64,000 bases of DNA, taken from Octopus sinensis. Taxonomy: Eukaryota. This document shows positions 13,072 through 25,190 of the stretch, one piece after another. The position numbers were made by a program, and so were the translations under genes. Where the stretch lies: assembly GCF_006345805.1 (NCBI RefSeq), contig NC_042998.1:186806001-186870000 (forward strand), written 5' to 3'. A model generated the notes under the pieces. It was not told where the DNA came from and searched no databases. It was given only the letters and a program-made list of their open reading frames with translations. Within the stretch, counting starts at the first letter, position 1; every line of letters begins with the position of its first letter.

Positions 13072-14325
13072 GACCAAAACGGATGCGGAGCATATCGATA
13101 TGCCGCCAAAATTACAAAGACAAGTGAAATATTTCTAATCCAAAAAAACCTTATGTTTTTCAAATGGAGACGTACGCGACTGAGACAGTAAGGTTAAGAA
13201 ACTAATGAGCGGGAAATATACAGTGGAAAATGCCGTGATTCCTTCTGAGAGCAGTGTGTGATGTACTTATATCTCCAAACTACTTGAGTTCGGGCTCGAT
13301 TCCATTGTACTTTATGTTAAGTATGTATTTTTTTACCAGATCCTCGGGTAGCTAAGCGACTGCATAGATACACCTTTGTTAAAACATGTTGAGGTTAGTT
13401 GAAACCTATGCTGTCGTTGTGTAACCCTATTCTTACTCTGGTCGAGTAGACCTATGTATGCAATGTAGTTAGTCAACAGAACGACATTTTGCAACCCGGA
13501 TATACCTATCTCTACTTTGCTGAAGACTATATTGCGCTCTTCGATATGCAGTGGTTAATTGCATGCAGTGAAGTGTGACAGACTTATACCTCCTGAACTC
13601 TTGACTGTCCTATCTATTTCAGTGCGAGCCGAGATTTATTTTAGGTTGTGGTAGATAAATTGACTAACAGATAGACAGACAGACTGATATACAGATAGAC
13701 ACACAGATTGCTAGACAGATAGATAGACAGACAGACAGGCTGATATACAGATAGACACACAGATTGCTAGACAGATATACAGACAGACAATCAGACGAAC
13801 GGAACTAGACGAATAATATAAATGTAATTGAAAGATATTTATCTGGGATCATCACTTTCCAAGGTCAAATAGAAATAAGAGGTTATTCACTTCACTATTT
13901 AGTAACAAAGCATATCCTTATTTGTCCTGCTGATGGCCAGTCGTAGTTACAAAGCCGTAGGACTTGAAAACAAAACAAATAGGTAACAATTGTCGGATGT
14001 GTCTCTTGTGACTCAACAGTCACACAAAACATGAATTGGGAGTGCATAGTATTAAAGCTTTCCGTCCTATTTTTACCATATATGGAAATGATCATTCTGT
14101 ATGAACAAAGCAAATCTGCTGCTGCTGCTGCTGCCTTCGCCTCTTCGGCTGTTGTCTCCAGTTACGGTCACTTTCGTCGCGGCTATTGTCGTCATCGTCA
14201 TGGTTGTTGTTGATGCTTAACTCTGGCTCTATTCTGATTGAACAAACGCGAATAATCAATTTACATCCCAATCGTAACCGTCCCAACTCTTAAATGGTAC
14301 GCAAGACCGACTACATTAGCTAATG

Positions 14326-15122
14326 CAGCGGTTTTCAAAGCGTGTGCCACATGGTGACTCTAAGTGCGCCTCGGATTTTCAACAAAGTAATTTTAATAGA
14401 TTAGGAAATGCATATACAGATAGTTAAAACATGTGAAATAATTTTGTAATACACAATTAGAATCTTTTCGGTTTGAACGGCAGTTTTTTTCTAGCGGTCT
14501 CATATGAAATTGTCACCCATAATTATGACACCAGTATCGATCTGATTTGCATTTCAATCTGTTTTAGGGTTAGGATTAGAGTTAGGGTGGGTTAGGGTTA
14601 GGGGTGGGGGGAAGGGTATCTTTTTTTTTTCACAAATGTAAATAAACCCAATCTGTTTCTTAAACGAGGGACATATTCATACGGCACAGAATGCTTTTTA
14701 ACTCAATAGACGTCATTGATTGGTTGAAATTGCAGTAATTGAAGGAAGAAAAAAACAACAAATATCTTACAAACTATAGAATTTTCTCAATAAAGCCAGG
14801 AGAAAAAGATGTTTTATAAACACATTCTACCAGTATACGAAGTTTAAAAGTGTTTAGTTACGTGGAAATTATTTTAAAAAACTGCCGTTCAAAGCGAAAA
14901 GGTCCAACTTTTAATAGATTAGGAAATGCATATACAGATAGTTAAAACATGTGTAATAGTTTTGTAATATACAATTATGAGGAATAAAACAAGGAAACAA
15001 TCGTTGCTTATATTTTTTTTTCATTTGTTTTATATTTAAGTTTCCCTGAGAAGTGTGTCAGTTACAATTTATTTGGTCTCTATGCAAGACCACCACGAAG
15101 TTAAAAGTATTCAATAACATTG
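14326..15122. mobile_element. hAT-type MITE hosting a nested TIR element
   Basis: Left TIR cagcggttttcaaa, degenerate right end aaaagtattcaataacattg, 8-bp TSD agctaatg/acctaatg. Confidence 0.55.
14460..14905. mobile_element. Non-autonomous TIR element (GGATCTTTTCGGTTTGAACGGCAGTTTTT family)
   Basis: ~29-bp TIRs. A second, highly similar copy lies at 44745-45157. Confidence 0.85.
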
Positions 15123-15130
15123 ACCTAATG

Positions 15131-15273
15131 CAGTGGGGGTAGCTAGAGTGTGTTTGCCGCTCAGGGAAGCACTTGAATTCGCCCACACCCCATCCCCACT
15201 CCACAAATTTACAAAGTGCTGTCCCCTCTTGTCCCCACTCTTCTACTCCCCACCCCCACTAGTTATTCCACTG
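15131..15273. mobile_element. Small hAT-like MITE
   Basis: TIRs cagtgggggtagctag / ctagttattccactg and flanks acctaatg/gcttaatg. Confidence 0.55.
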
Positions 15274-15309
15274 GCTTAATGAGTTCGTAAATTGACAAGA
15301 AATGCAAAG

Positions 15310-16430
15310 CAGAGGGCTGGCAGAATCGTTAGCACGCCTAACCAAAAAAAAAAAATGCTTAGCGGGGTTCAAATTCCGCCGAGGTCGATTTTGCCTTTTA
15401 TTCTTTCAGAGTGGATAAAATAATTACGAGTCGAGTACCGGGGTCGATGCAATCGACTATACTCCTCCCTCAAATTTCAGGTTAAGGCGGCGAGCTGGAA
15501 GAATCGTTAGAACGCCGGACAAAATGCTCAATGGAATTTCGTCCGTTTTTACGATTTGAGTTCAAATTTCAACGAGGTCGACTTTGCCACTTATCCTTCC
15601 GGAGTGGATAAAATAATTACGAGTTGAGTACCGGGGTCGCTGCAATCGACTATACTCCTCCCTCAAATTTCAGGTTAAGGCGGCGAGCTGGCAGAATCGT
15701 TAGAACGCCGGACAAAATGCTCAATGGAATTTCGTCCGTTTTTACGATTTGAGTTCAAATTTCAACGAGGTCGACTTTGCCACTTATCCTTCCGGAGTGG
15801 ATAAAATAATTACGAGTTGAGTACCGGGGTCGCTGCAATCGACTATACTCCTCCCTCAAATTTCAGGTTAAGGCGGCGAGCTGGCAGAATCGTTAGAACG
15901 CCGGACAAAATGCTCAACGGAATTTCGTCCGTTTTTACGATTTGAGTTCAAATTTCAGCGAGGTCGACTTTGCCACTTATCCTTCCGGAGTGGATAAAAT
16001 AATTACGAGTTGAGTACCGGGATCGCTGCAATCGACTATACTCCTCCCTCAAATTTCAGGTTAAGGTGGCGAGCTGGCAGAATCGTTAGAACGCCGGACA
16101 AAATGCTCAACGGAATTTCGTCCGTCTCAACGATCTGAGTTCAAATTTCAACGAGGTCGACTTTGCCACTTACCATTTCGGAGTGGATAAAATAATTACG
16201 AGTTGAGTACTGGGGTCGCTGCAATCGACTATACTCTTCCCTCAAACTTCAGGTTAAAGCGGCGAGCTGGAAGAATCGTTAGAACGCCGGACAAAACGCT
16301 CAACGGAATTTCGTCCGTCTTTACGATCTGAGTTCTAAATTTCAACGAGGTCGATAAAATAATTACCAGTTGAGTACTGAGATCGATGTATCCGACCCAT
16401 GAAATGATTGGCTTTATGCCAAAATTTAAA
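15310..16430 (+). repeat. Tandem array of a 193-bp SINE-B-derived unit
   Basis: Unit starts (gttaagg) at 15481, 15674, 15867, 16060 and 16253, plus a degenerate preceding unit. Confidence 0.95.
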
Positions 16431-16743
16431 ACCAGATTGGTAAGAAGAGTTTCAAAGGAGATTCAACTGTTAATATTTGCAACCCAAGCGGCCATGTAGA
16501 GCAGGTATGGGTAACCTTTCTCGAGTAGCGGGTCGCATGAGACATGGTTCATCATCATTACAAAATAAAAGAAAGCAGACCGCAGTTTGCTGATGATTTA
16601 AGTAGACGCTCCCTTGTTCGGTTCACTGATACTACTGTTGTCATAGCAACTGCTAATGATAATGATGACGATAATGACATGATAATGGTGGTGGTGTGAT
16701 GGTGATGATGATGATAATGATGATGATGATGATGATTATGATT

Positions 16744-16784
<41 letters not shown>

Positions 16785-17174
16785 GTCGACAATGATGATA
16801 ATGGTGATGATTAAAGTTCTGACGTCACTGCATCATTAGGACATCTCGAATTAACCCGGTTATCAAAACTTAACCTTAAACATCAACTGTTCTGGGTCTA
16901 ATGACAAAGCAAATGACATATTTACGTGTCAATAGATGCCTATCTCGCTGTTGGTATCGCTTACCAAGTAATTATGATGTGTGTGTATATTTCATGCACG
17001 CTCTGTTAGTGTACCGACAGAAATTTCATAGGGCAACAGAGAAATATTTAGTCAACTACGCACGACAGCACTATTCTAGGAAAAGGCCCGATTACCATGC
17101 TCTTTTTGCACTACAGACACACACACACACACACACATGCACACATGTGCACAAACATATACATACACAATACC

Positions 17175-17219
<45 letters not shown>

Positions 17220-17322
17220 TACACAGATCTTTGGTTTTAGGCATGTATAATTGCAGGACAGATTATGTAACTTAAAATATATATCAGAAAATAATTATAA
17301 ACTAATTTCGAAATACATGCAT

Positions 17323-17387
<65 letters not shown>

Positions 17388-18229
17388 TATTATATGATTG
17401 AACGCCACGCATCCATTTCCTAGTAAGTTTATCTATCTATCTATCTCTCTATCTCTCTATCTATCAATATATATATATATATATATATATAGATATATAT
17501 ATATATATATATATATATAATACAAAATGGGACAAGAACGCAAAACACTCAGACAGTTAGGTGAAACGAAAAGGGGACAACAAAACATCCAGATAGACGA
17601 TACAAAGAAAACAAGGACGGGTCATTCGGAGTTTTCTTCAGTCGTGTTCCAGATTAGCTTTGCAATTTCGGTTGGTTATACTCGAGATTGCTCCAATCTG
17701 GCCAGCCCCAAGGAAAAACTAAGCTAAGAGCATTAGATTCTTTCGAAGAAAGCAGCGAATGTATACGAAAACAAGGACGGGAAAAAAACGGAGAATGTTA
17801 CACAAATACAAATAACAGGACATACAGTCATTAGACTGTGGCCATGCTGGGGCACAGCCTAGAAGAAATTTTAGTCGCGTGTATCGATCGACCCCAGAAC
17901 TTATTTATTTTTGAAGTCTGGTACTTATTCTATCGGTCTCCTTTGTTAGGGGCACCGGTTGTCAAGCGGTGGTGGGGACGAACACAGACACACAGACACA
18001 CGCACACAGACACACGCACACAGACACACGCACACAGACACACGCACACACACACACATATACGACGGGCTTCTTTCAGTTTCTGTCTGCCAAATCCATT
18101 CACAAGGCTTTGCTTCGTCCGAGGTGCTATGCAGGAACTGAATCCCAAACCATGTGATTGGAAATCACACTTCTTACCACACAGCCACGCCTGCACCCTA
18201 TTATATATATATGTGTGTGTGTGTGTGAG

Positions 18230-18655
18230 ACCACATGTGTACCGTTAGCGATTTTTTTACCTCCGTCTTCCCTTCCTTGGATCTTTGCTTTTTCTATGTT
18301 TCTGACGAAGAGCTCCGCTCGAAACGTTAAATCCTCCTTCTTTCTTACCTTTCCTGAGCGTCCAGTAACACTATACTTGTTTCACGTCCTCGCGTTGTTG
18401 TGTTTTCTCTTTGTGTTTTTATGTCTGGATTAACTATATATATAATGTGACCGCGTGTGTACCGTTGGCGATTTTTTTCCCTCCGTCTTCCCTTCTCTGG
18501 ACCTTTGCTTCTCCTATGTTTCCAACGAAGAGCTCCGCTCGAAACGTAAAACTCTCCTTCTTCCCTTCTTTCCTGAGCGTCCAATAATACTATATTTGTT
18601 CCACGTCCTCGCGTTGTTGTGTTTTCTCTTTGTGTTTTCATGTTTAGATTAACTA
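18230..18655 (+). mobile_element. Head-to-tail dimer of a 220-bp hammerhead-bearing unit (Penelope pLTR/retrozyme-like)
   Basis: Two ~90% identical units, each ending in (TA)n. Hammerhead cores lie at 18302 and 18522. Confidence 0.75.
18298..18332 (+). ncRNA. Minimal type I hammerhead ribozyme motif
   Basis: gttt-CTGACGA-a-GAGC-tcc-GCTC-GAAA-c-GTT-aaat: intact core, stem II, palindromic stem III and 4-bp stem I. Confidence 0.7.
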
Positions 18656-18670
18656 TATATATATGTGTGT

Positions 18671-18741
<71 letters not shown>

Positions 18742-19354
18742 TGTGTGTAAAATTTGTTTACGGTAAGCGTTTTGAATATGCAAATAAAGCTCCTATTCCA
18801 TTATGCCGGTTACGGTCTAATGATGCTAATTGGTGAATCAGTTTTGGGGTGTTGCATCGAGCTCTACCGATATAATATAGGATAAAGATAATAATGATAA
18901 TAATAACAATTATCTTTGGATGGGATTTATAAGCATTTAATGCATCGCCACGCGCGTTTCCACAAATCACATGTCTCTCCAGATCACTGTCCGTATTCCT
19001 GGAATGATTTATAATGTCGTCTGTCGTATCTGTGGGCATCGGGTTGATCATCTTCATGGATTCATTTCTTCAGGCGATATAACATCAATTGATGGACAAC
19101 AGAGGGATGCTTATCCCTTTTGACCAGTAAGAAGGTTGAGTGACTTATGTGGGCATTTCTGTGTGTATCTGGTGGCCTTTCCTCCCCACCAAATATGTCA
19201 CCGCCATCATTATCATCATCATCACCGTCGTCATCAACCTCATCTTACGGACATAGATCTACGTCCATCAATATTTTTTCAATGCTTCTGATTTCGTGGC
19301 GAGTCGCTGACCAAATAAAATATTACCGGCACACTTCCCACGGAAGGTTAAACA

Positions 19355-19403
<49 letters not shown>

Positions 19404-20239
19404 TACACACGTGCGCGCATGCAAGCACGCACGTGCACGATAAAAATTAGTGCATGTTTCTTTGTCCAAATATTACAGTCTTGGTCAACCGGGAACTTTT
19501 TAGTAGATAACACTTGCCAAGCAGACACACATACATACATACATACATACATACATACATACATACATACATACATTCATACATGCATACATACCTATAC
19601 ATACATACATACATACATACATACATACATACATACATACATACATACATACATACACAGTAATTGCTCCATCTTAACAAATGGTTATCATTTTCTTGAG
19701 CTTCCTCGTGCTGTATGCCATTTCTGACTTTCCGGCCACTTGGTTTCTCAACAATTATATGAATGGCTAAGAGGTTAAAAAACAACAGCAACATAAGATG
19801 ATGAATAAACACAAACATATGATTTGGTCACAATTACATCACTTATGTGCTGTGGAGCACTTTTCAACAGATAACTAAAGCTGGAAAGAAAAATAATAAA
19901 ACTTAGCTGGTTGTGGTAATTATAAGAAAAGAGAATAAGTCTCTTAAGTATCAGAGATTTTAAGAAAAAAAGAAAAAAATGCTGAGTTAAATATCGTTAT
20001 ATGTGTACTCTTTTACTGGTTTCGGCCATTTGACTGCGGCCATGCTGGAGCACCGCCTTTAGTCGAGCAAATCGACCCCAGGATTTATTCTTTGTAAGCC
20101 TAGTACTTATTCTATCGGCCTCTTTTGCCGAACCGCTAAGTTACGAGGACGTAAACACAACAGCATCGGTTGTCAAGCGATGTTGGGAGGACAAACACAG
20201 ACACACAAACACACAGACAAACACATATATATATATATA

Positions 20240-20481
20240 TATTGTAATATTATATATCTCCTTGTAACTGCAACCATTCCCTCAGTCTTCTGATCCTTCG
20301 TGTCGTATCATACAAGATGTCAAGTACACTCAAGGAGCGGGAGTGGCTGTGTGGTAAGTAGCTTGCTTACCAACCACATAGTTCCGGGTTCCATCCCACT
20401 GCGTGGCACCTTGGGAAAGTGTCTTCTACTATAGCCTCGGGCCGACCAAAGCCGTGTGAGTGGATTCGGTAGAAGCTCGTC

Positions 20482-20551
<70 letters not shown>

Positions 20552-20554
20552 TGT

Positions 20555-20596
<42 letters not shown>

Positions 20597-20829
20597 CATA
20601 TATACGACGGGCTTCTACCGAATCCACTCACAAGGCTTTGGTCGGCCCGAGGCTATAGTAGAAAACACTTGCCCAAGGTGCCCGGAACTATGTGGTTGGT
20701 AAGCAAGCTACTTACCACGCAGCCACTCCCGCGCCTTGAGTGTACTTGACGTCTTGTATGACACGACACGAAGGATCAGAAGACTGAGGGATTGGCTGCA
20801 GTTACAAGGAGATATATAATATTACAATA
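20240..20829. repeat. Fold-back inverted duplication (~240-bp arms) around a (TA)/(TG) centre
   Basis: Each arm contains ~95 bp of unique sequence plus the SINE-A 5' half, and both arms share private variants. Confidence 0.9.
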
Positions 20830-21589
20830 CATGACACTTTATGATAAACATAACACGTAAAGTATAAAACCACCTGCTGTATCACGCGTATCGCATAATA
20901 CGTAAAACACCACCAAAACTCTGTACTAAAAGCTTGAATGTTCGTTTAGATAAGATTGCGTAAATATTAACATCCACATAACTAGACAGTATCATCCCAA
21001 ACGGGAGCGGATTATGAGTTCATTCGAACCTGACCTGGCTAATGGTTTACTTTTTATCCGCAGATTGACTCGCTCCAATTACCTTAGATAACTATTAACC
21101 AGTATTTCGAACTGACATCCTCGTTCTGGATTTATCTATGTATATATCTATTCTTTTCCTTCTGTTTCACATTGCATAAACTGACAAGAACTACAACATG
21201 CCTCTCTTCTCAACGATACCTTAAGGTCGTTCATATTCTATTTATAGCCAAGGCGGCGAGCGGGAAGATTCGTTAGTCCGCCGGGCAAAATGCCTAGCGT
21301 CATTTCGTCCGTCTTCACGTTCTGTGTTCAAATTCTGCCGAGTCAATAAGTTAAGTACTAATAGTCGATGTAATCAACTTACTCCCTTCATTGAAATTGT
21401 TGGCCTTGCAGCAAAATTTGAAATTAATATCTTATTTATAGTTATATTAATATTCATAGCTTCTCCTTATATTTTTCTTATTTTATCTTATTTTCTTTTT
21501 ATTCTTCTTCATTGTTTGCATTTCTACCTCGGCTCCTGATTTGTATTGTCTACACACTTGGATACTCATACTGTATTCTTTTCTACTCT

Positions 21590-21975
21590 AGGCACAAGGG
21601 CCGAAATTTTGTGGGGAAGGGCGTCAGTCGATTATATCGACCCCAGTACGCAAATGGCACTTAATTTATCGATCCCGAAAAGATGAAAAGCAAAATCGAC
21701 CTCGGCGGAATTTGAACTCAGAACGTAAAGACAGACGAAATACCTGTTTCTTTACTATCCACAAGGGGCTAAACACAGAGTGGACAAACAAGGACAGAGA
21801 AACGGATTAAGTCGATTGTATCGACCCCAGTGCGTAACTGGTACTTATTTAATCAACCCCGAAAGGATGAAAGGCAAAGTCGACCGCGGCGGAATTTGAA
21901 TTCAGAACGTAAAGACAGACGAAATATCGCTAAGCATTTTGCCCGGCGTGCTAATGTTTCGGCCAGCTCACCGCT
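21590..21975 (-). mobile_element. SINE-B concatemer (head + 2 bodies)
   Basis: Junction gacgaaatacc|tgtttcttt at ~21735. Confidence 0.85.
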
Positions 21976-22589
21976 TGTGGGTACTTATACTGTATTATGG
22001 CCACCAACAGGTCAACCGGCACTCACTCAGATTGTGATGTCTAGATGCTGTAGATGGTGGTGGCCTCACGTGGTGAAACTACCTAATAACGACTCTGTTC
22101 AGAAGGCTGGTATCTATATATATAATAATACATACATGCCAGTGGGGAAAGAAAGAGACACAACTGAGTAGAAGGTTCAAGAGAAGATTCATTGATATGT
22201 TAACATGTGTGTCTGTGTGTGCGTCATGTATACAGAATAATAGACAGACCGTCATGGGAACAAAGTGTGTGTGTATAAGCATGGATGTATGCGTGTGCGT
22301 TAAGAACATATAAGAATAGCAATGAAGACGGTGAAAGAGGCTATAATGAGAAGTTAGACGAATGTTCATAGACATTAGATTCTTTATAACTAACTATAGC
22401 CCTTCCATCACTCTTACAATCTGTTTCTGTTTCTTTTCCCTTCTTTTTTGTTCTATACTTATATCTCATTTATGCTCTCAAATTCACTTGTGTTACATAT
22501 AGCTTTAGATTTCCTAACCATTTTCCCCACCATTCTTTTAATTTCAACATCACTGCACTAACTCTTTCCTTCGAATTTTAATTGATGTT

Positions 22590-23277
22590 TCCGCAGGGTC
22601 GATAACCTCCGTAGGATTTGGAGATCTAATGCAAGGATGATGACCAGGGACTGCTTGATCGGCGAACTATGCCAATGCCTCCATATTGTCCATCTAGGCC
22701 TTTGCGATTGCAAGTTTGTCTGGTGATAGACGACGTGCGCGGCTGTGCACTGGGGGTGGGGGTGGAGATGTGGTGTGTAACCCCGTGGCGGGCTGTAGGT
22801 TTGGAAAATGTCGGAGTGGGGCAACTTACAAGAAGATCCTAGAATTTGTTCTTGGTCTGCGAGATGGTTGCTATGCGGGGAACGGCATATGCAGATGTTG
22901 CAAGAGGCACAGAAGCGAATGTGTTGTTGTCGAGGAGTCGTCTTCCCCGCAAATCCACCAGGAGCAAATGTGCTCGAAGAAAGTCTGCACCGATTATGGG
23001 CTGATGGACATCGGCGATGGTGAATGCCCATGTGTATTTTTGTGAGCCGATGTTGAGAGAAAGGGTGGGACGACCGTATGCTTCGATTGGCGACTGTTAA
23101 AGGTTGGCTTCGCTTTCCGTGACGGAGGTCCCTTGCCGACGCCGGGATCACGCTGACTTCTGCTCCTGTGTCGATTAGGAACCTGCGTCCGGGGCTGCGA
23201 TCGCGGACATAGAAGAGAATTTGGTCATGTTTACCGGCCACCAGGGCGTTCAATGGCGGCCGGCTCTGGGGTTTCCC
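22590..23277 (-). pseudogene. pol: Ty3/Gypsy pol 5' part: aspartic protease and RT N-terminus, truncated
   Basis: FLIDTGAEVSVIP (protease DTG motif), then GIVRRSSSPWSSSLH and GGYRPCG. The element is truncated at ~22590. Confidence 0.9.
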
Positions 23278-23910
23278 TGGGTCACTGGTGAAGGGGTCCC
23301 GAAGTTACATGTTTGTTTGCACTTTATCGCCTTTTTTCCGAACTTTGCATGGTAGAAGCACAGGTTATCATGCTTAATCCTACTCCGTCTCGGGGCCGAA
23401 TCTAGGGCGTTGAACATGACACCACTGGATAAAAATTGTTTGTCAGCTGCCTTGGCTAATTGCCGCAGGTCTTTGATTTCGGTCTGAGTTATGAGGGCCT
23501 AGACCTGGGGTGGCAGCTTGCGAAGGAATATTTCCTTAAACAAAAAGGAAGGTGACTCACCGGGGGTACTAATGGGTACTAATGCCAACATCCTGTCCAT
23601 CAGTTCCGAAGGCTTGGAATCGCCTAATTTCTTCTCCAGTATCTTAGCTGCTGCTTCTCTTTCACTGCGTCGGAATGAATCCAGTAGCTTATCTTTCAAT
23701 ATGGCGTATTTTTCGTTAGTGGGGAATGGGTTAAAATGTCCAGCACCCTCGTTGCCGTGTCTTCGTCTAGTGCTGCCACAACTTGCAAGTACTTCGTTTG
23801 GGCGGCCGTTACCTTGTTTATATCAAATTGAGCTTCCGCCAAAGCGAACCACAGTTCAGTCCTCTTAGACCAGAACTGTGGTAGCCTCAGTGTTGTTTGT
23901 TGCCAGCCAT
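23250..23910 (-). pseudogene. gag: Ty3/Gypsy gag (frameshifted, internal stop)
   Basis: LRLPQFWSKRTELWFALAEAQF...KYAILKDKLL...LGDSKPSELMDRMLAL...FLFKEIFLRKLP...CFYHAKFGKKAIKCKQTCNF, the typical gag of this Gypsy lineage. Confidence 0.9.
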
Positions 23911-23940
23911 GTTTGTTTCGAAAGCGAGAGCTATTGTTCT

Positions 23941-23956
23941 ATCGTCGGGGTCACCA
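23941..23956 (-). promoter_or_regulatory. Primer-binding site complementary to the tRNA-Trp 3' end
   Basis: Minus strand TGGTGACCCCGACG-AT matches the tRNA-Trp PBS (TGGTGACCCCGACGTGAT) over 14 nt and lies just upstream of gag. Confidence 0.9.
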
Positions 23957-24222
23957 GTTACAGCTTTCTTACGCTATACACAAATAAACTACTGGAGATG
24001 AGAATACATTTATCAAAGGTTTATAACTTTACGTACATCAGGGCTTAAGTCGTCAGTAATTTCTGTTTAGTTCACTCAGGTTCGTTTCATACCCACTGTT
24101 GACATTCTTTCGTTTTTCTTCTTCTACCGGAAGTCCCTTTTCTTTTACTGCTGACCAACTTCCTAGCTAGCCCGCAGCGAAGTTTCTGTTTACAGTTCGT
24201 CTGTCACGAACCCTGCCCTACA
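23957..24222 (-). mobile_element. Putative 5' LTR of the Gypsy element (outer boundary uncertain: TGTAG at 24222 or AGTTAC at 24286)
   Basis: It abuts the PBS. No second LTR is present to confirm the boundaries. Confidence 0.6.
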
Positions 24223-24285
24223 CTGGTGTGTCTGTCAATCGAGGTTTTGACTACCTAAAATTGCATCATTTAAAATACTTGTAAC

Positions 24286-24356
<71 letters not shown>

Positions 24357-24359
<3 letters not shown>

Positions 24360-24797
24360 TAGTTTTATTTTTATTTCATTTCACTACCGAGCGCAGCTCT
24401 GTGTGCCTTGGGTATGTGCTGTGATTTGTTGTGATGCTCTGATGGTTATTGTATGGAAAGTGTTCTGCGTAGGATGTGTGCAGTGCCTAGTAGTGCAATT
24501 TTCTGTATGTTATATGTGTTTGTAAGTCCTGGTGTTTTTGTTATGTATTTGTCTGAATATTTTTTTATCATGCCTAATGCACCTACTATGATAGGAATTG
24601 TTTCTGTTTTTAGATTCCACATTCTGGTTACCTCTATTTCCAGGTCTTTGTATTTTGAAAGTTTCTCCATTTCTTTTAGAGACACGTTGTCATCTGCCGG
24701 TATTGATACATCAATTAGAAAGCATTTTTTTTTCTTCATGATCTCTGACAACTATATCTAGTCTGTTGACCTTAATTTCTCTATCTGTGTGTATTCA
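24357..24797 (-). pseudogene. R4/Dong-like non-LTR retrotransposon 3' end (RLE domain + 3' UTR) in (TAA)n
   Basis: HTDREIKVNRLDIVVRDHEEKKCFLIDVSIP..N...KE.EK..KYKDLEIEVTRMW..KTETIPIIVGALG, the RLE (PD-D/ExK) C-terminus. The 3' end abuts (TAA)n. Confidence 0.85.
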
Positions 24798-24809
24798 CGA
24801 AGGTGAATT

Positions 24810-25080
24810 ATCCAAACCTCCAAAGATTCCTTTTAACACACGGCTATGATGCTCCCCCACTACTTCTGCTTGTGATCAGAGATGCACATATTGTCAGCCA
24901 CTAGGGGACATGATCAACTGGTTATGGTCAAACAACTGATAAGCAAATCTATGGTATTGAGCAGAATATTTGCTGTAGTTCATCTTTTTATACCAAGACA
25001 AAACAATGTACATGATAACACTTCCAATCAGTTAAGATCAGAAGCCACGGGAGTCACTGCCTGGTACTGCATCAGGGCAT
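24810..25080 (+). mobile_element. Unclassified retroelement-like 3' fragment ending in (ATT)n
   Basis: Non-coding-looking segment running directly into an (ATT)n tail, between the two Dong-like copies. Confidence 0.4.
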
Positions 25081-25098
25081 TTATTATTATTATTATTA

Positions 25099-25187
<89 letters not shown>

Positions 25188-25190
<3 letters not shown>

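Noticed and set aside
16936-16967. 32-nt exon-like DAYLAVGIAYQ resembling a cyclase or TPR motif
   Set aside because: It is too short and has no neighbouring compatible exons.
18945-18990. Hammerhead-like CTGGAGA...GAAACGCGCGT on the minus strand (related copy at 8925-8965)
   Set aside because: The core deviates in both copies, the G10.1-C11.1 pair is missing and stem I cannot form.
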